A DNA stretch of 64,000 bases from the human T2T-CHM13v2.0 reference genome, Homo sapiens, in NCBI RefSeq assembly GCF_009914755.1, contig NC_060930.1. One strand, written 5' to 3'. Numbering within the stretch: position 1 is the stretch's first letter; every line of letters starts with the position of its first letter. The notes below the pieces were generated by a model. The model searched no databases and had not been told where the DNA came from. It saw nothing but the letters and a program-made list of their open reading frames with translations. The translations under genes were made by a program, and so were the position numbers. This document shows, piece by piece, positions 1 to 12,117 of the stretch.

Positions 1-2483
1 GTGGTTAGTTTTGTATGAAGTCATTGTCTTTGAAGTGTTGTTGGTTGATAATGCGTGGGAACTTATCTTTCTTAAATATAATTTACCTTTGGCTGGGGTA
101 TTTAATGTCTTAAAGCAAAAGAAGAAACAACAGAATAGGTCAGGAACTCTGAAGGGCCAATGTTTGAGATCTTGTTTTGGAAGGAATTTCAGCAACGGTA
201 GCTGGGCAGAAGGCTGACCCACCAACATATTTTAGCAAAGCTACAAGGATTTGGAATGATAGTGGCCCCCAGCATGGCCTCCTACTTTGCAGGTCCCGAG
301 GTATGAAATTAAGTTACATTTAAAAATCAGAATTAGTTCTCTAATCTTCAGATAGTGTTAAACCTTAACTCATTCCACTGTTTGGTTATAAATAAATAAA
401 CATAACATTTGTCCCAAGTTGTTCTACAGGTTCACGCCTAGCCATAGAGTTAACTTTGAGCATTATTTGCAGTGCAGGGGGTAAATTATCTTCAAAACGC
501 TCATGGATTGGCTGCTGCCCAGAGTCCTGAGAGATGTAATCAGTTTCAGTTAATTCTAAACAATAGATTGTGGCAGGAACTCAGCTAAGTGGCGGGTTGA
601 CTGCACCCAAACTGTTGATTTAAGTTGTCAAGAGAGCTTGACTCATGCTTAGACTTGACAACAGTTTGGGTCAGCTGGCTTAGCTGTAAACCATTACCAG
701 TAAACTCTGCTCCTTTTGTGTGTGAGGAGGGAAGGGGGATGGCCCTTCTGGTCACGGTCTCCCTCCCTGAGCTCACTGCAGACTCCACGGCCTGGCTGGG
801 AGGCTCTTTGTGACTTTTACTGTGCTCAGACTTCAGTCTCTTCATCCCTGTCATGCGCATCAGTGGGTTTCTAGCCACAGGCCTGAGGAACTGCCAATAT
901 AGTATGTGCTTTGTGTACTTTCTATTCATTTCTAACTTTTGTTGGTGATGTTTAACAGGAAGTGCGTTACTATTCACTGTACCGTAATCCATATCTGTAC
1001 AGCACTTAATGCTGTTCACAGAGAACTCATATTGTCCAATATATTTTAGGCTAGGGCAGGGCAGGAATTACATTGCATCAGCATTAATCATCCTTGTTAC
1101 CTTTTGATGAGATCATTCAGGTTAAATACTGGTTGGAAGAGTGATCTAAAGTTGAAGGCATGAGGATAAATGTAGGAAAAACATTAGCAGTTTGCTTAAT
1201 GTAAGTTTTTTTTTTAAGTTTGAAGATAAATGTTTCTCAATTGATAATTTTTTTTTTTTTACCATTAGCCTTTGAACATTAGTAGTAACAATTTATTTTT
1301 ATTTAAAGTTTGTCCACACATGCAAATGGAAACATGTTACCCCTTGGATACTAGCTTAAATTTATTTACTCCGAGGTGATTTAAAGTCCACATATAGGTA
1401 TGCTTGTTTCAGCAGGTCAGATTTAAGGATACCTTAATTTAGTGATGAGGTACTCTGAAGGTCTGAACTTGAGAAGGTGATCCAAGGTGACTATAACCTT
1501 ACACTTCCTGTTAGTACCTGGCTCAGAGTCTCAGGAGACTTTGAGGGCAGTGTTTTGATATGAATTGCCTTTGTGTTCTTTCTGTAAATTAGTTTTTGGT
1601 ATGGAAAGCCAGAAAGCTCAAGTCCTTTAAGTACATAAGTCAAGCGGCTTTTTTTTTCCATACCCCTGTCAAACATTGTACACTTATCGCTTTCCTTTTA
1701 TAATTTTGAAAGTCTCCAAATCATTAAATGATATGCTTCTCAGTTGTGGATGGTTCCATTTTCTAATGACTATTTTGTCTTCTAGAGAATGTCTGCTAAA
1801 ATTCTTCCTGATTTTTATTTTACTTTCCAATGTGGTTTTCATTTATCTTAGAACAGTGTGCAAACTTTCACTGAGAATAGAAACAATAAACAGAATGGCA
1901 CAATATATTTTTATTTACTATAGATCATATCCATTTAGCTTTTTCATGGCCCTTTCATCATTTTCTATTGTGCCATTCACTTTAGTGGGTACGTTAGTTA
2001 CTCACATGGTGTGACCTGGGAAAGGAACATTACAGTTGTTTTTCTTTGGTTTACATAATGTCATCAAATGAGGGGAAACTGTCCTTGGCTGAAGAAAGTT
2101 TCATGAATTTTAATGTGTACCATTTCCTTTGTTATTAATTTGTAAATAAATATATGATAGAGAGTAAAATAATGAAAGATTTTGGCAATTATATTTTAGC
2201 CAAGAAAATAATGAGAAATACCTATTTTCTTGCATCTCACATTAACATCTGTTAGGTTACACTTACTATTATGAGATGAGGGTTCACTTTAGAGATGAGT
2301 CAATAGTATAAATATTAGAAGCAATTTTCTAGGACAAAGTATAGAATGGTTTTATAGGTGACATGTGCCTGTGCAATGTTGACCTATTAATAGAATTTAT
2401 TTATTTATACCCATGCACAGGAATGGAAGCATTTCACAGACAGACATGTAAGAGGTTAAGATTTTTAAAAATGCAGCTGAAGA

Positions 2484-2611
2484 GGCCAGGCATGGTGGCT
2501 CACACCTGTAATCCCAGCACTTTGGGAGGCTGAGGCGAGCAGATTGCTTGAGCCCAGGAACTCAAGACCAGCCTGGGCAATGTAGTGAAACCCCATCTCT
2601 TAAAAAAAAAA
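2484..2611 (+). mobile_element. Alu left monomer (FLAM_C/AluJ-like)
   Basis: ggccaggcatggtggctcacacctgtaatcccagcactttgggagg... ends in an A-run with no right arm; decayed direct repeat ...tgaaga on both sides. Confidence 0.9.
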
Positions 2612-5577
2612 GAAATTGGTTGAAGAAATCAAGAGAAAGGGCACAATTAATGTAGGAAAAATGAGATGATTACAATGATAAGATTACCATCAAAAATACA
2701 TGTCCTCCAGCCTCATACACTTATTAGACTTCATATTTCATCACAGATTTTTAGAAGCCAATGCAAAAAAGAAAATATTATCAGTAACATGCTTTACACA
2801 GTCTATAAGATAGAGGTGTCAGAGACGGGGAACACAGCTGTTCCTGCTTTGAGACTGGAATGGAAAATCTGCCAGTGGCCTGTCTTGTGATACTTCATGT
2901 CCTCATCTCTGGGCACATGGGAACTGCTTTCCTTTCTTCCTCACTGTAAGTGAGAGTGCCAGATCACAGTTCAAAAAAAGTCCAAGTACAAAGTCTTTTC
3001 CCAGCATGGCTTAATTCAACAACAAATTTAGACCAGCTAGAGGAATTAACTGATGGACCCCACATCTTTCAGCCAGTTATCTGCTGTTTCTCATGGCTAT
3101 GTTTTTGATAAAATATTGGGTAGCAGAAAACTTGATATTGTATTATCTGAACAGTACTTAGACTAAAAATGTATTTTGTTGCCCAATAAGGACAGATCCA
3201 CAGGCTTTAAAAATCCACTTGTCTGATATAACTGTAATTATTTCTTACGAAGTTGATGTGAAAGAAATCATTTTAAATTTTGCTCTGGTTAAGTGCAGAT
3301 TGTACAATCAGTCACCTCTTCTCCATCCTTTCTCCTCCCCAAAATTCTCTTTATTTTTTGGACTATAAAAATGGGCTAAGATAATCTTTCATCAGTGTCA
3401 TTCATAGTCAAACACACTGTTTTTCTTATTAAACATACCCCTCTCTATATGCTTTGCTGTATGTTTCAGTTAGTTTTTCTTAAACACTGACATGTCTGCT
3501 CTAGTTTTGTTGTTTTGGTTTGGTTTGGTTTAGTTTATTTGTATTATATACTTAATCAAATTTTAAAGAAATGCAAAAGTGGATGAATATTCCTATTTTT
3601 CTTCTTTTAGAACTTTCAGGCTGTCCCACCTGACTTCTCTTTCTGTTTGGAGGCATGTAGATTTGGGGTTGTTTGTTTGGGGGTAGGAATGTAATAAGTA
3701 GTGAAATGAAGGGGAACAAAAAGAATTTTAACTATTATTTTCTCCAGGCCCTGGAAACTGAAGTTCTTAGGGCACTTGAGTATTTAGGTGCTCTAATTAT
3801 TCTCTTTGAAATAAATAGTAGGGTGGTTTTATAAACCTCTGCTACTATTTCTAGCTGTAAAGAAGTTTATCAAGAGAAAGAAAGCTTCATTCCAAACTTC
3901 TCTGACAGCTTGCTAATTCATCTGCTTGCTTCTTGTTGGTTTATATTATCGACATGGTACAACCTTATAGGAAAAAAAGAATACAATGCATGTTAAATTT
4001 TAACTACTTAAATTGTTCTCTAAATTCACAACTGAACACCTCTTAATTTGTATTCCATTTCTCCCATCATTGTTTTGAATGAACATTTCTATGATTCAGT
4101 CTGGTCCATATAATTTATCATTTTTTAGAGGTTACATAACATTTTATTGACATTCTTTTTTTTGCTTACTCATTTCTCGTTGTTAAACATTTGGATTGTT
4201 TTCAGTTTCTAACTATCATGCAAGGAGTGTGGTTATTAGTTCTTTTTCCTTTATTTGAGGTGGAGATCATAGAAGCAAGTTAAAATTAAATAAATATATG
4301 TAATATTGTTGCTGCTAATATATTAACATTAGATAATACAAACCTGGTAGAGTCTGGTTGTATTTTTCTGTTCTGTATGTTCACTGTAAGATATTTTGTA
4401 TATCTTTATATATTCAAAATATTCTGTAATTTTACTCATTTTGTGGAATTCTTCTGAAACAGGCTGTGAAAACATTTGATTTGGAGTCAAGAAATAAGTT
4501 TCTTGTTGCTGTCAATTGGGAAAACGGATTTTATCTCTTTAGCTTCACTTTGAGTCTCATCTTTTGAATGAGAAGACTAGATTAAAGAAACTCTGAGGTT
4601 CACCTTTGCTCTAAAATTTCATCATTTTAGTAACTTGCTACATAGTTTTACAATTTTAAATAATTATACAGGTTTATTATTGCATTTTTGCTTTTATGAT
4701 GTTTTCGTGGCTTTATCTGTAATTTAATACTGAGTCACATTCAGGAGGGCAATAATCAGTGTTTTTATTATTATGAAAAAAGGCAGACTTTTATGATACA
4801 TTTTCCAGGAATTCATTGTAGAGTGTAATGGAGACTGCTTGTGTATGAAACCAGACACAACTGCAGTCTTAACTATGATGTTATCAGAGAAAATTGTTTC
4901 CCTTCCAGACACTTCAGGTTGTTTGGTTGTCTTTATCTGTTATTGGACATGACTTTATGAATTATTTTGTCTATTTACCATAATGACTAACTGCCAAGGG
5001 TGCTCAGAAACCTCTCAATGAGCCTCAAACTTCCTTGTATTCTCTCTTCTTCTTCCTCCTTGTCATAAATTCTCATCACTTGACCTCTTCTTATTCTCTA
5101 ATCTTCTGGCTTCTACCTGCCCTGGACCTCATGGTCCTCCCTTCTAGGGATGCCTTTCATAATAGCTTTGGCATTCCTTTACTTCTAAACACACTCATCT
5201 CCCAGCCATAACCCTACCACCAGCACCAACAGCCACCCCCGCCCTACCTCCAGATTGCTAAAAATCCTGGCTGAAGGGGTTGTAGTGTTTAATCTCCACA
5301 GAGCCCTCTTTGCTGTTCATCAGTCTATTTTCCTTTTCAGTACATTCTTCCATATTCATATTAGCCATATCAAATCTTCTTCGTCTACTTCAAGTATAAT
5401 ACTCCAACTTTACCTAACTTATTCTCAGGAACAGGATTGGACCTCACAAGTACCACCTCAGCTCTCCTCCTTATCAGCCCCAAAATGCAGTTATATACTG
5501 GCCATTGTCTTCATTCTTCCTGCCTAAGAAGTTGTTTCTCCTGTCTTCAGTGGATTGAAGTAGATTCTAATGGACAG

Positions 5578-5932
5578 TGCTATGGTTTAAATGTTCCCTT
5601 CAAAATTCATGTTGAAATTTAATTGCCATTTTGATGACATGAAGAGATAGATTTAAGTGATCACCTCTTAAAGCCCTCGTGAATGGATTAATGCTGTTAT
5701 CACCAGAATGGGTTAGTTATCATGGGAGCTCAGCTCCCTTTTCCTGTCTCAAGTGCTCACTTGTCCTTCTGCCCTCCACCACAGGATGATACAGTATGAA
5801 AGCCCTCACAGATGTGAACGCCATGTTTTGGACTTCCCAGTCACCAGAACTAAGAGCCAAATAAACTTCTGTTGTTTATAAATTCCCCAGTCTATGGTAA
5901 TCTGTTACAGCAGCAGGAAACAGGCTAATATA
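5578..5932 (+). mobile_element. MaLR solo LTR (MST type, MSTD-like)
   Basis: tgctatggtttaaatgtt...aaaattcatgttgaaa...ttggacttcccag...aataaa...cagcag...ctaata, the typical MST layout. Confidence 0.8.
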
Positions 5933-6347
5933 AGTGGGGAGGTAAGACCAATGAGAGTAACAGATCTGGAGAACTGAGTGTAGATCATGTTCTGGAAAAC
6001 AGAATCATTTGGGATAAGAGCCTGTGCAGAGTCAGCCAAAAGCTTTGGCCCAGAAATCTGAGGTGGAGCTCACTTGGCCCGTGGTGCTAAGGAGAACCAG
6101 AGAGGAAGACATAAGGGTGGACTAAACACAGGAACTGAGGAGGAGTCAGAGAATCCAAGAACAAGGCAGGTGGGCCTAGGTACTAGAGAATCTGAAGAAA
6201 CCTGGTGTATTAGGGTCATCTGGGCTGAATGGAGTCACAGTGATGAATGGAAGCCCAGGGAGTCTGTCAATACTTTGTCTGGAATGTTGAAAGAAATTCC
6301 TAATTGGCTACTTTTTTCTAACTCTGGCTCACCTCCTGCATTTTCAA

Positions 6348-6920
6348 CAATAGTAATAGTTAACATTTAAGGGTTTTCTCTGTGCCAAGCAGTATCTTAG
6401 AACCATATAGACATTATCTCATTTGATCTTGACAACATTCAGCTAGTGTATTTATTAGTCTGCTCACGCTACCATAACAAAATGCCATAGTCTGAGTGGC
6501 TTAAACAATAGAAATATATTTTCTCACCATTTTAGAGGCTGCAAGTCCCAGATCAGGTGCCAGCAGATTCTGTTTCTGGTCAGGTCTCTGTTCCTGGTTT
6601 GCAGATGGCTGCCTTCTTCCTGTGTCCTCCACTGGGCCTTTCCTCTGTGTGTGACATGGGGAGAGAGAGCTCTGGTGTCTCTTCCTTTCCCTATAAGGAC
6701 ACCAATTCTATCAGCTCAGGGCTCCACCCTTAAGACCTCATTTAACCTTAGTTACCTAAAGGTGCTATCTCCAAATACAGTCACACTGGGGTATTAGGGC
6801 TTCAACATGTAAATCTTAGGGGGACACAATCCATTCATAACAGCTAGTTAGGTATTATCCTTAATTTGTAGATTAAAAAATAGAGACTTAAAGTGGCTCA
6901 AAGGCACATAACTAGTTACC
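6348..6920 (-). mobile_element. MIR fragment split by the MLT1 insertion
   Basis: aatagttaacattta...tgtgcca...attatctcattt on the left; tattatcc...ttgtagat...aaggcacataactagt on the right. Confidence 0.6.
6447..6842 (-). mobile_element. MLT1A/B-type MaLR solo LTR with perfect 5-bp TSD GCTAG
   Basis: TG...CA termini; GCTAG at 6442-6446 and 6843-6847; ggcttaaacaatagaaat...gggcttcaacat motifs. Confidence 0.88.
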
Positions 6921-7159
6921 AAATGCTGCTCGACCTTATAACCTGAATGTTCAATTGGTACTTCAAATTCAGATTGTCTAAGATGGAAATCATATTCCCT
7001 TCTCCAAGCAAACATCACATCTTTGAGACCTTTTTGTTTCTCTTCATTGTACTTATGCTTTCAAAGTCACCAGGCATTAAAATTTGAAGATACTGTGCTT
7101 CGGGCTATTTTCCTTCTTTCTCCTTACATCAAACATCTAACTAGATGTCATTAACCTCT

Positions 7160-7476
7160 CTTTTCTTTTCTTTCTTTCATTTTTGGCAGAGTCTCACTCT
7201 GTTTCCCAGGCTGGAATGCAGTGGCACAATTATGGCTCACTGTAACCTTGACATCCCCAACCTCAGGTTATCCCCTCACCTCAGCCTCCTGAGTAGCTGG
7301 GACTACAGACAGGTGCCACCACATCTGGCTAATTTTTTATTTTATTTTATTTTTTATAGAGACAGGGTTTCTCCATGTTGCCTAGCCTGGTCTCAAACTC
7401 CTCCTGGGCTCAAGTGATCTTTCCACCTTGGCCTCCCAAAGTGCTGGGATTACAGGCATGAGCCACCATACTGGCC
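7160..7476 (-). mobile_element. AluJ-like full-length SINE
   Basis: Dimeric Alu in reverse orientation with old-subfamily features (cctgggctcaagtgatc). Confidence 0.92.
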
Positions 7477-7591
7477 AGCTCCTTCTTTTTGTAATGTTGA
7501 TCAATCCCAGAATGAAGGAGAGAAAAGGGAAACAAGATGAAAATAAAAGTAGAGAGAGAGACTTGGGAGTCAGAGTAATAAAGGTGGTCTT

Positions 7592-8625
7592 GGCAAATGG
7601 GATCTAATTAAACTAAAGAACTTCTGCACAGCAAAAGAAACTATCATCAGAGTGAATAGGCAACCTGCAGAATGGGAGAAAATTTTTGCAATCTACTTAT
7701 CTGGCAAAGGTGTAATATCTGAAATCTACAAGGAATTTAAACAAATTTACAAGAAAAAAACAAACCCATCAGAAAGTGGGCGAAGGATATGAGCAGACAC
7801 TTCTCAAAAGAGGACATTTATACGGCCAGCAAACACATGAAAAAAAGCTCAACATCACTGATCGTTAGAGAAATGCAAATCAAAACCACAGTGACATAGC
7901 ATCTCACATCAGTCAAAAATGGCAGTTATTAAAAAGTCAAGAAACAATAGATGCTGGCGATGCTGTGGAGGAATAGGAACGCTTTTACACTGTTGGTGGG
8001 TATAGAAGTTAGTTCAACCATTGTGGAAGACAATGTGACGATTCCTTAAGGATCTAGAATCTTGGATCTTTGACCCAGCAATCTCATTACTGGGTATATA
8101 CCCAAAGGAATATAAATCATTCTACTGTAAGACAAATGGCCACATATACTTATTGCAGCACTATTTACAATAGCAAAGACATGGAACCAACCCAAATGCC
8201 CATCAATGATAGACTGGACAAATAAAGAAATGTGGTACATATACACCATGGAATACTGTGCAGCCATAAAAAGGAATGAGATCATGTTCTTTGCAGCGAC
8301 ATAGATGAGATTGGAAGCCATCATCCTCAGCAAACTAACACAGGAACAGAAAACCAAACACCACATGTTCTCGTAAGTGGAAGTTGAACAATAAGTTGAA
8401 CACATGGACACAGGGAGGGAAACAACACTCACCAGGGCCACTGGTAGTGGAGGTAGTGAGCGGAGGGAGAGCATTAGGACAAATAGCTAATGCATTCGGG
8501 ACTTAAAACCTAGATGACGGGTTGATAGGTGCAGCAGACCACCATGGCACACGTATACCTATGTAACAAACCTACACGTTCTGCACTTGTATCTCAGAAC
8601 TTAAAATTTAAAAAAAATTAAAAAG
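7592..8625 (+). mobile_element. 5'-truncated L1PA (about PA7-PA10 age): ORF2 3' end, 3'UTR and A-tail
   Basis: aaatgggatctaattaaactaaag...; catggaatact...gcagccataaaaagg; cctagatgacgggttgataggtgcagca; A-rich tail at about 8603-8625. Confidence 0.92.
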
Positions 8626-9057
8626 AGAGATGTTCATGGAAAAGCACTGTTTGCTCAGAGATTTTCTCCAAAACCTCTGTTTTAGGGTTTGCCTTTTATG
8701 AGAAGTAGTGTATGATATGTGGGTTTATTTCCCTAACTTCAAGGTTTTGTGATGGTATCGTCATCAATTTTCCATCAAATCTCTTCTTTCGATGCTTTCT
8801 TGGACTCACCTGCTTCTATGTCATGATGAATTTTATTTGTATTTCTTTATTTTGCAGAAGGGAATGCATGCATATGAGGAGGAATGTTCAAAAAGTTTAA
8901 AGGGATACATTGAAAAGTCAGTCTCTTATGCCAGCTGCTCTTTCTGGGGGATTTTAAGAAGGGGCGGGAGTTGATTGATTCACTCTTCTGGCCCATTCTC
9001 TCTTCATTGAAGCTGACAGGGGTGCTGGTGCATGTCTCTTTCCCTCATTTCAAACTC

Positions 9058-9679
9058 TGTATTTGTTTTCTAATGCCATGTAACAAAAGTGCCACCAATG
9101 TAGCAGCTTAAAGTAACACAAATATATTATCTCATGGTTTCTGTGGACAGAAGTTTGGCACTGCATGGGTCAAACTTCTCAGAGTCTCACTGGGCTGAAG
9201 TCAAGGTATTGGTCGGGGCTGTGCTCTCATCTTGGGCTCAGGGTCCTCTCCCAAGCTCACTGGTTGTTGAGAAAGATCATTTCCTTGCAGTGTTTGATTG
9301 AAGTTCCTATATTCCTGCTAGTTGCTGGCTGGGACCATTCTCAGCTCCTAGCAGCCCATTCCCATGTGACCCCCACAGATCGTTTACAACATGGGTGTCT
9401 GCTTTCTTCGAAGCCCACCAGAGCATGTCTCTCTGACTTTGCCTTCTGCTTGCAACGGGGAAAAACACTCTGCTTTTATTAAAGGGTTCACCTGATTAGG
9501 TCAGGCCCATCAGGAAAAATCTCCTTATCTTAATGTCCACTAATTTGGGACCTTAAGTACATCTGTAAGATCCCTTCACAGCAACACCTACATTCGGGTT
9601 TGGTTGAATAACTGAGGCAAGATGTCTGCCTACCAGGGGCTGGGAGTTCGGGGACCATCTTAGAATTCTGCCTACCACA
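9058..9679 (-). mobile_element. MLT1E-type MaLR solo LTR
   Basis: Reverse strand begins tgtggtaggcagaattctaagatgg; about 620 bp; TG...CA termini. Confidence 0.8.
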
Positions 9680-9994
9680 CACTGGTTTATGGTTTATCTT
9701 GAGCTCTGAGGGCCAGGCCTGGCTTGGATAAAGTGGAAAACAACATCTTGGAAGGTAGAAGTCGGGATTGGGAGTGAGTAGAACTCGATAGAGTTGATTG
9801 TTTCCATGATGTAACTGGCTTGTAAGTCTGCCCCATGCTTTAGAGGTACCCTTTACTTCGTGTGCTTTTAGCCCCATAACAAACCCAGTCTTTTTCAGTG
9901 CGTTATTTGCATGACTTTTGGACTTCATTTGGAAAATGCTTCAATACCCCAAAGTTTCTTGAAGGTGTGGAGTCATCTAACCCTTTATTCCCCC

Positions 9995-10126
9995 ATTACC
10001 TATCCTTTGTCTTTGTTTGCTGAGGACCATCCTGGTTTATGCCTGTTTTCCTGGTGTATTTATTAATAGTACCTCACTTTCATTCAACAGTGTCTGCATT
10101 TGGAGGATAAGTGATATAGACACAGT
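9995..10126. mobile_element. MER94-like hAT-Blackjack MITE
   Basis: cctggtttatgcctgtt...attaatagtacc...tttcattc...tgtc...ttggaggataa resembles the recalled MER94 consensus. Confidence 0.55.
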
Positions 10127-10381
10127 ATCCATGCCATTTCGACTCCTGCACGTCCTATCTTTCTCAGCCCCCTTCCCACCATCTTAATGCTATCTATATA
10201 CTGACAACCAACCCATGGATCTTTGGCTCACTCCAACCAGATTCCTGACTCACCCCCTCCTGGCCCATTTTGTGCCTAAGTAGTAAGTGTGGCTATTTTA
10301 GTTTCTCTATATGTTGGGATTGGGGTGTCTGCGAGCTTTGTATTTGTATTGAATGTTGAAGAGAGCTAAAGGCAAGAAGAC

Positions 10382-10491
10382 TTTTTTTGTAGAGATGGGG
10401 TTTCACCATGTTGCCCAGGCTGGTCTCAAACTCCTGGGCTTGAGAGATTACAAAGTGCTGGGATTACAGACATGACTCACTGCACCTGGCT
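10382..10491 (-). mobile_element. Alu left-monomer fragment with an internal deletion
   Basis: gtagagatggggtttcaccatgttgcccaggctggtctc...caaagtgctgggattaca. Confidence 0.85.
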
Positions 10492-10657
10492 ATTTCCCCT
10501 TTATTTCTTTACTCCAGAAATGTTCAAAACAGCGGAACTCTGTCTATTTTTATTTAAAGTTACTTAATTATTCTCCCTTCCCTAATCTCCCAAATAGAGC
10601 TGATTATAATACCTATTCTTACCAGTTTGTTATAAAAATTAAGTAACTTTTTATATA

Positions 10658-10990
10658 AAGTAATGTGCTACATAACAATATTTCAGTCAATGACAGACTG
10701 TGTATATGTTGGTGGTCCCATAAGATTATAATACTGTATTTTTACCATACCTTTTCTGTGTTTAGATGTGTGTAGATACACAGATACTTACCATTGCATT
10801 TCAGTTGCCTGCAGTGTTCAGTATAGTAACATGCTGCACCTGTTTGTAGCCTAGGAACCATAGCCTGTACCATATAGCCTAGGCGTGTGGTAGGTTTATG
10901 TATGTACACTCTGTGATGTTCGCACAACAGCAAAATCACCTAATGACACCTGTCTCAGAAACGTAGCCCCATTTAAGTGATGCATGACTG
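10658..10990. mobile_element. Tigger3a (MER7/Golem) DNA transposon, inserted in a MIR
   Basis: Ends (c)agtaatgtgc...gcatgactg flanked by TA; core ggtggtcccataagattataatactg; MIR-like sequence on both sides. Confidence 0.82.
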
Positions 10991-12090
10991 TATTTCAAAT
11001 AGATAAATAATTCCTGGCCCATAGTAGTCAATTTAAAAATGTTTGTAAATATTTGTTGTTGAAGAGTATCACTTTAGAGTTATGATGTACTTTTGACATT
11101 TGGCTAGATAGGAGAGAAAGGTGCAGTCCAAGTGAGGTGAGGGGATCCCCAACATCTACTGTAGAGACCAACAAAGCACGTTCGTTTGCCAGTTGGTAAA
11201 CTGGTTTGGTTTTAGAAGAAAGTACAGTTGGGAAGTTGTGAAAGAACAGCCTGGATAATTAGGATGAATTCAGATTTTTGAGGGACTTAGAAGTTATGCC
11301 TGTTTGTTTGTACTTGGGGTAGCAAATAAATAAGCTGTTGCAATATTTTCCCAATAGGATAAGGTGATGAGAACAATGTAATAGTGACCATTGATGAGAT
11401 CAGCACTGGCAATGGAAATAAAGAGGAAGGGCAAGCATAGGAGACTTGCTGAGATATTTCTTTTTTAACTAGTGCTTGACTAGTGATAAAGGATGGAACA
11501 GATGAGTTAATGTTGACTGAAAGTTTTTTTAACCTGAGTGGCCAGAAAACCGTTGATATCATAGAAGAAAAGATACACAAAACCTTAGAAGGGAGAGAGT
11601 AGGGTTGGGTGGACATGGAGGATAGGCTTTAAGGGGACCTGGAGAGGAGGATGGGAAGGTTAAGAGAATCTAAGGAGGGAAACATATGGAATAGTTTCCA
11701 AATCAGTATAAAACCCAAGCTACGGGAAAAGTGTTGCAAGAGAAGGCCTTGGCATACTGTCATGTTCTTGGAATGCCTTCCCTGCCCGCCTAGCTGGCTA
11801 CAATCACTGCTGTATCTGTCCCAGTACTCGCTTCACTATAGACGATGTGCTTTGTGAAAGTAGTAGCCATAGCCCTGGAAGCTGGCATGGCACAGGGACA
11901 CAGTATATATTTCTCAAATGAACAGTTAAGAAAAGGATGGTTAACAGTGGCCAATACAGTAAATAGGTTAAGTTGAATTAGGATAGAAAATAACATTAGT
12001 GGATTTGCCAGTGATGAAATCATAATTTCATCAGCATGCTGGGGCAGGAGCCAGGTTACAGAGGGTTTACCAGGAAGCTAATAGTGAGGA

Positions 12091-12117
12091 AGCAGCAGCA
12101 GCAGCAGCAGCAGCAGC
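12091..12117 (+). repeat. (AGC)9 trinucleotide microsatellite
   Basis: Nine perfect AGC units. Confidence 0.95.

Noticed and set aside
585-1019. 144-aa minus-strand ORF
   Set aside because: Non-ATG start, no recognisable domain, length compatible with chance.
8595-8630. Sense-strand L1 poly(A) site causing premature CDKAL1 termination
   Set aside because: No intact AATAAA at the element's 3' end (reads ttaaaatttaaaaa).
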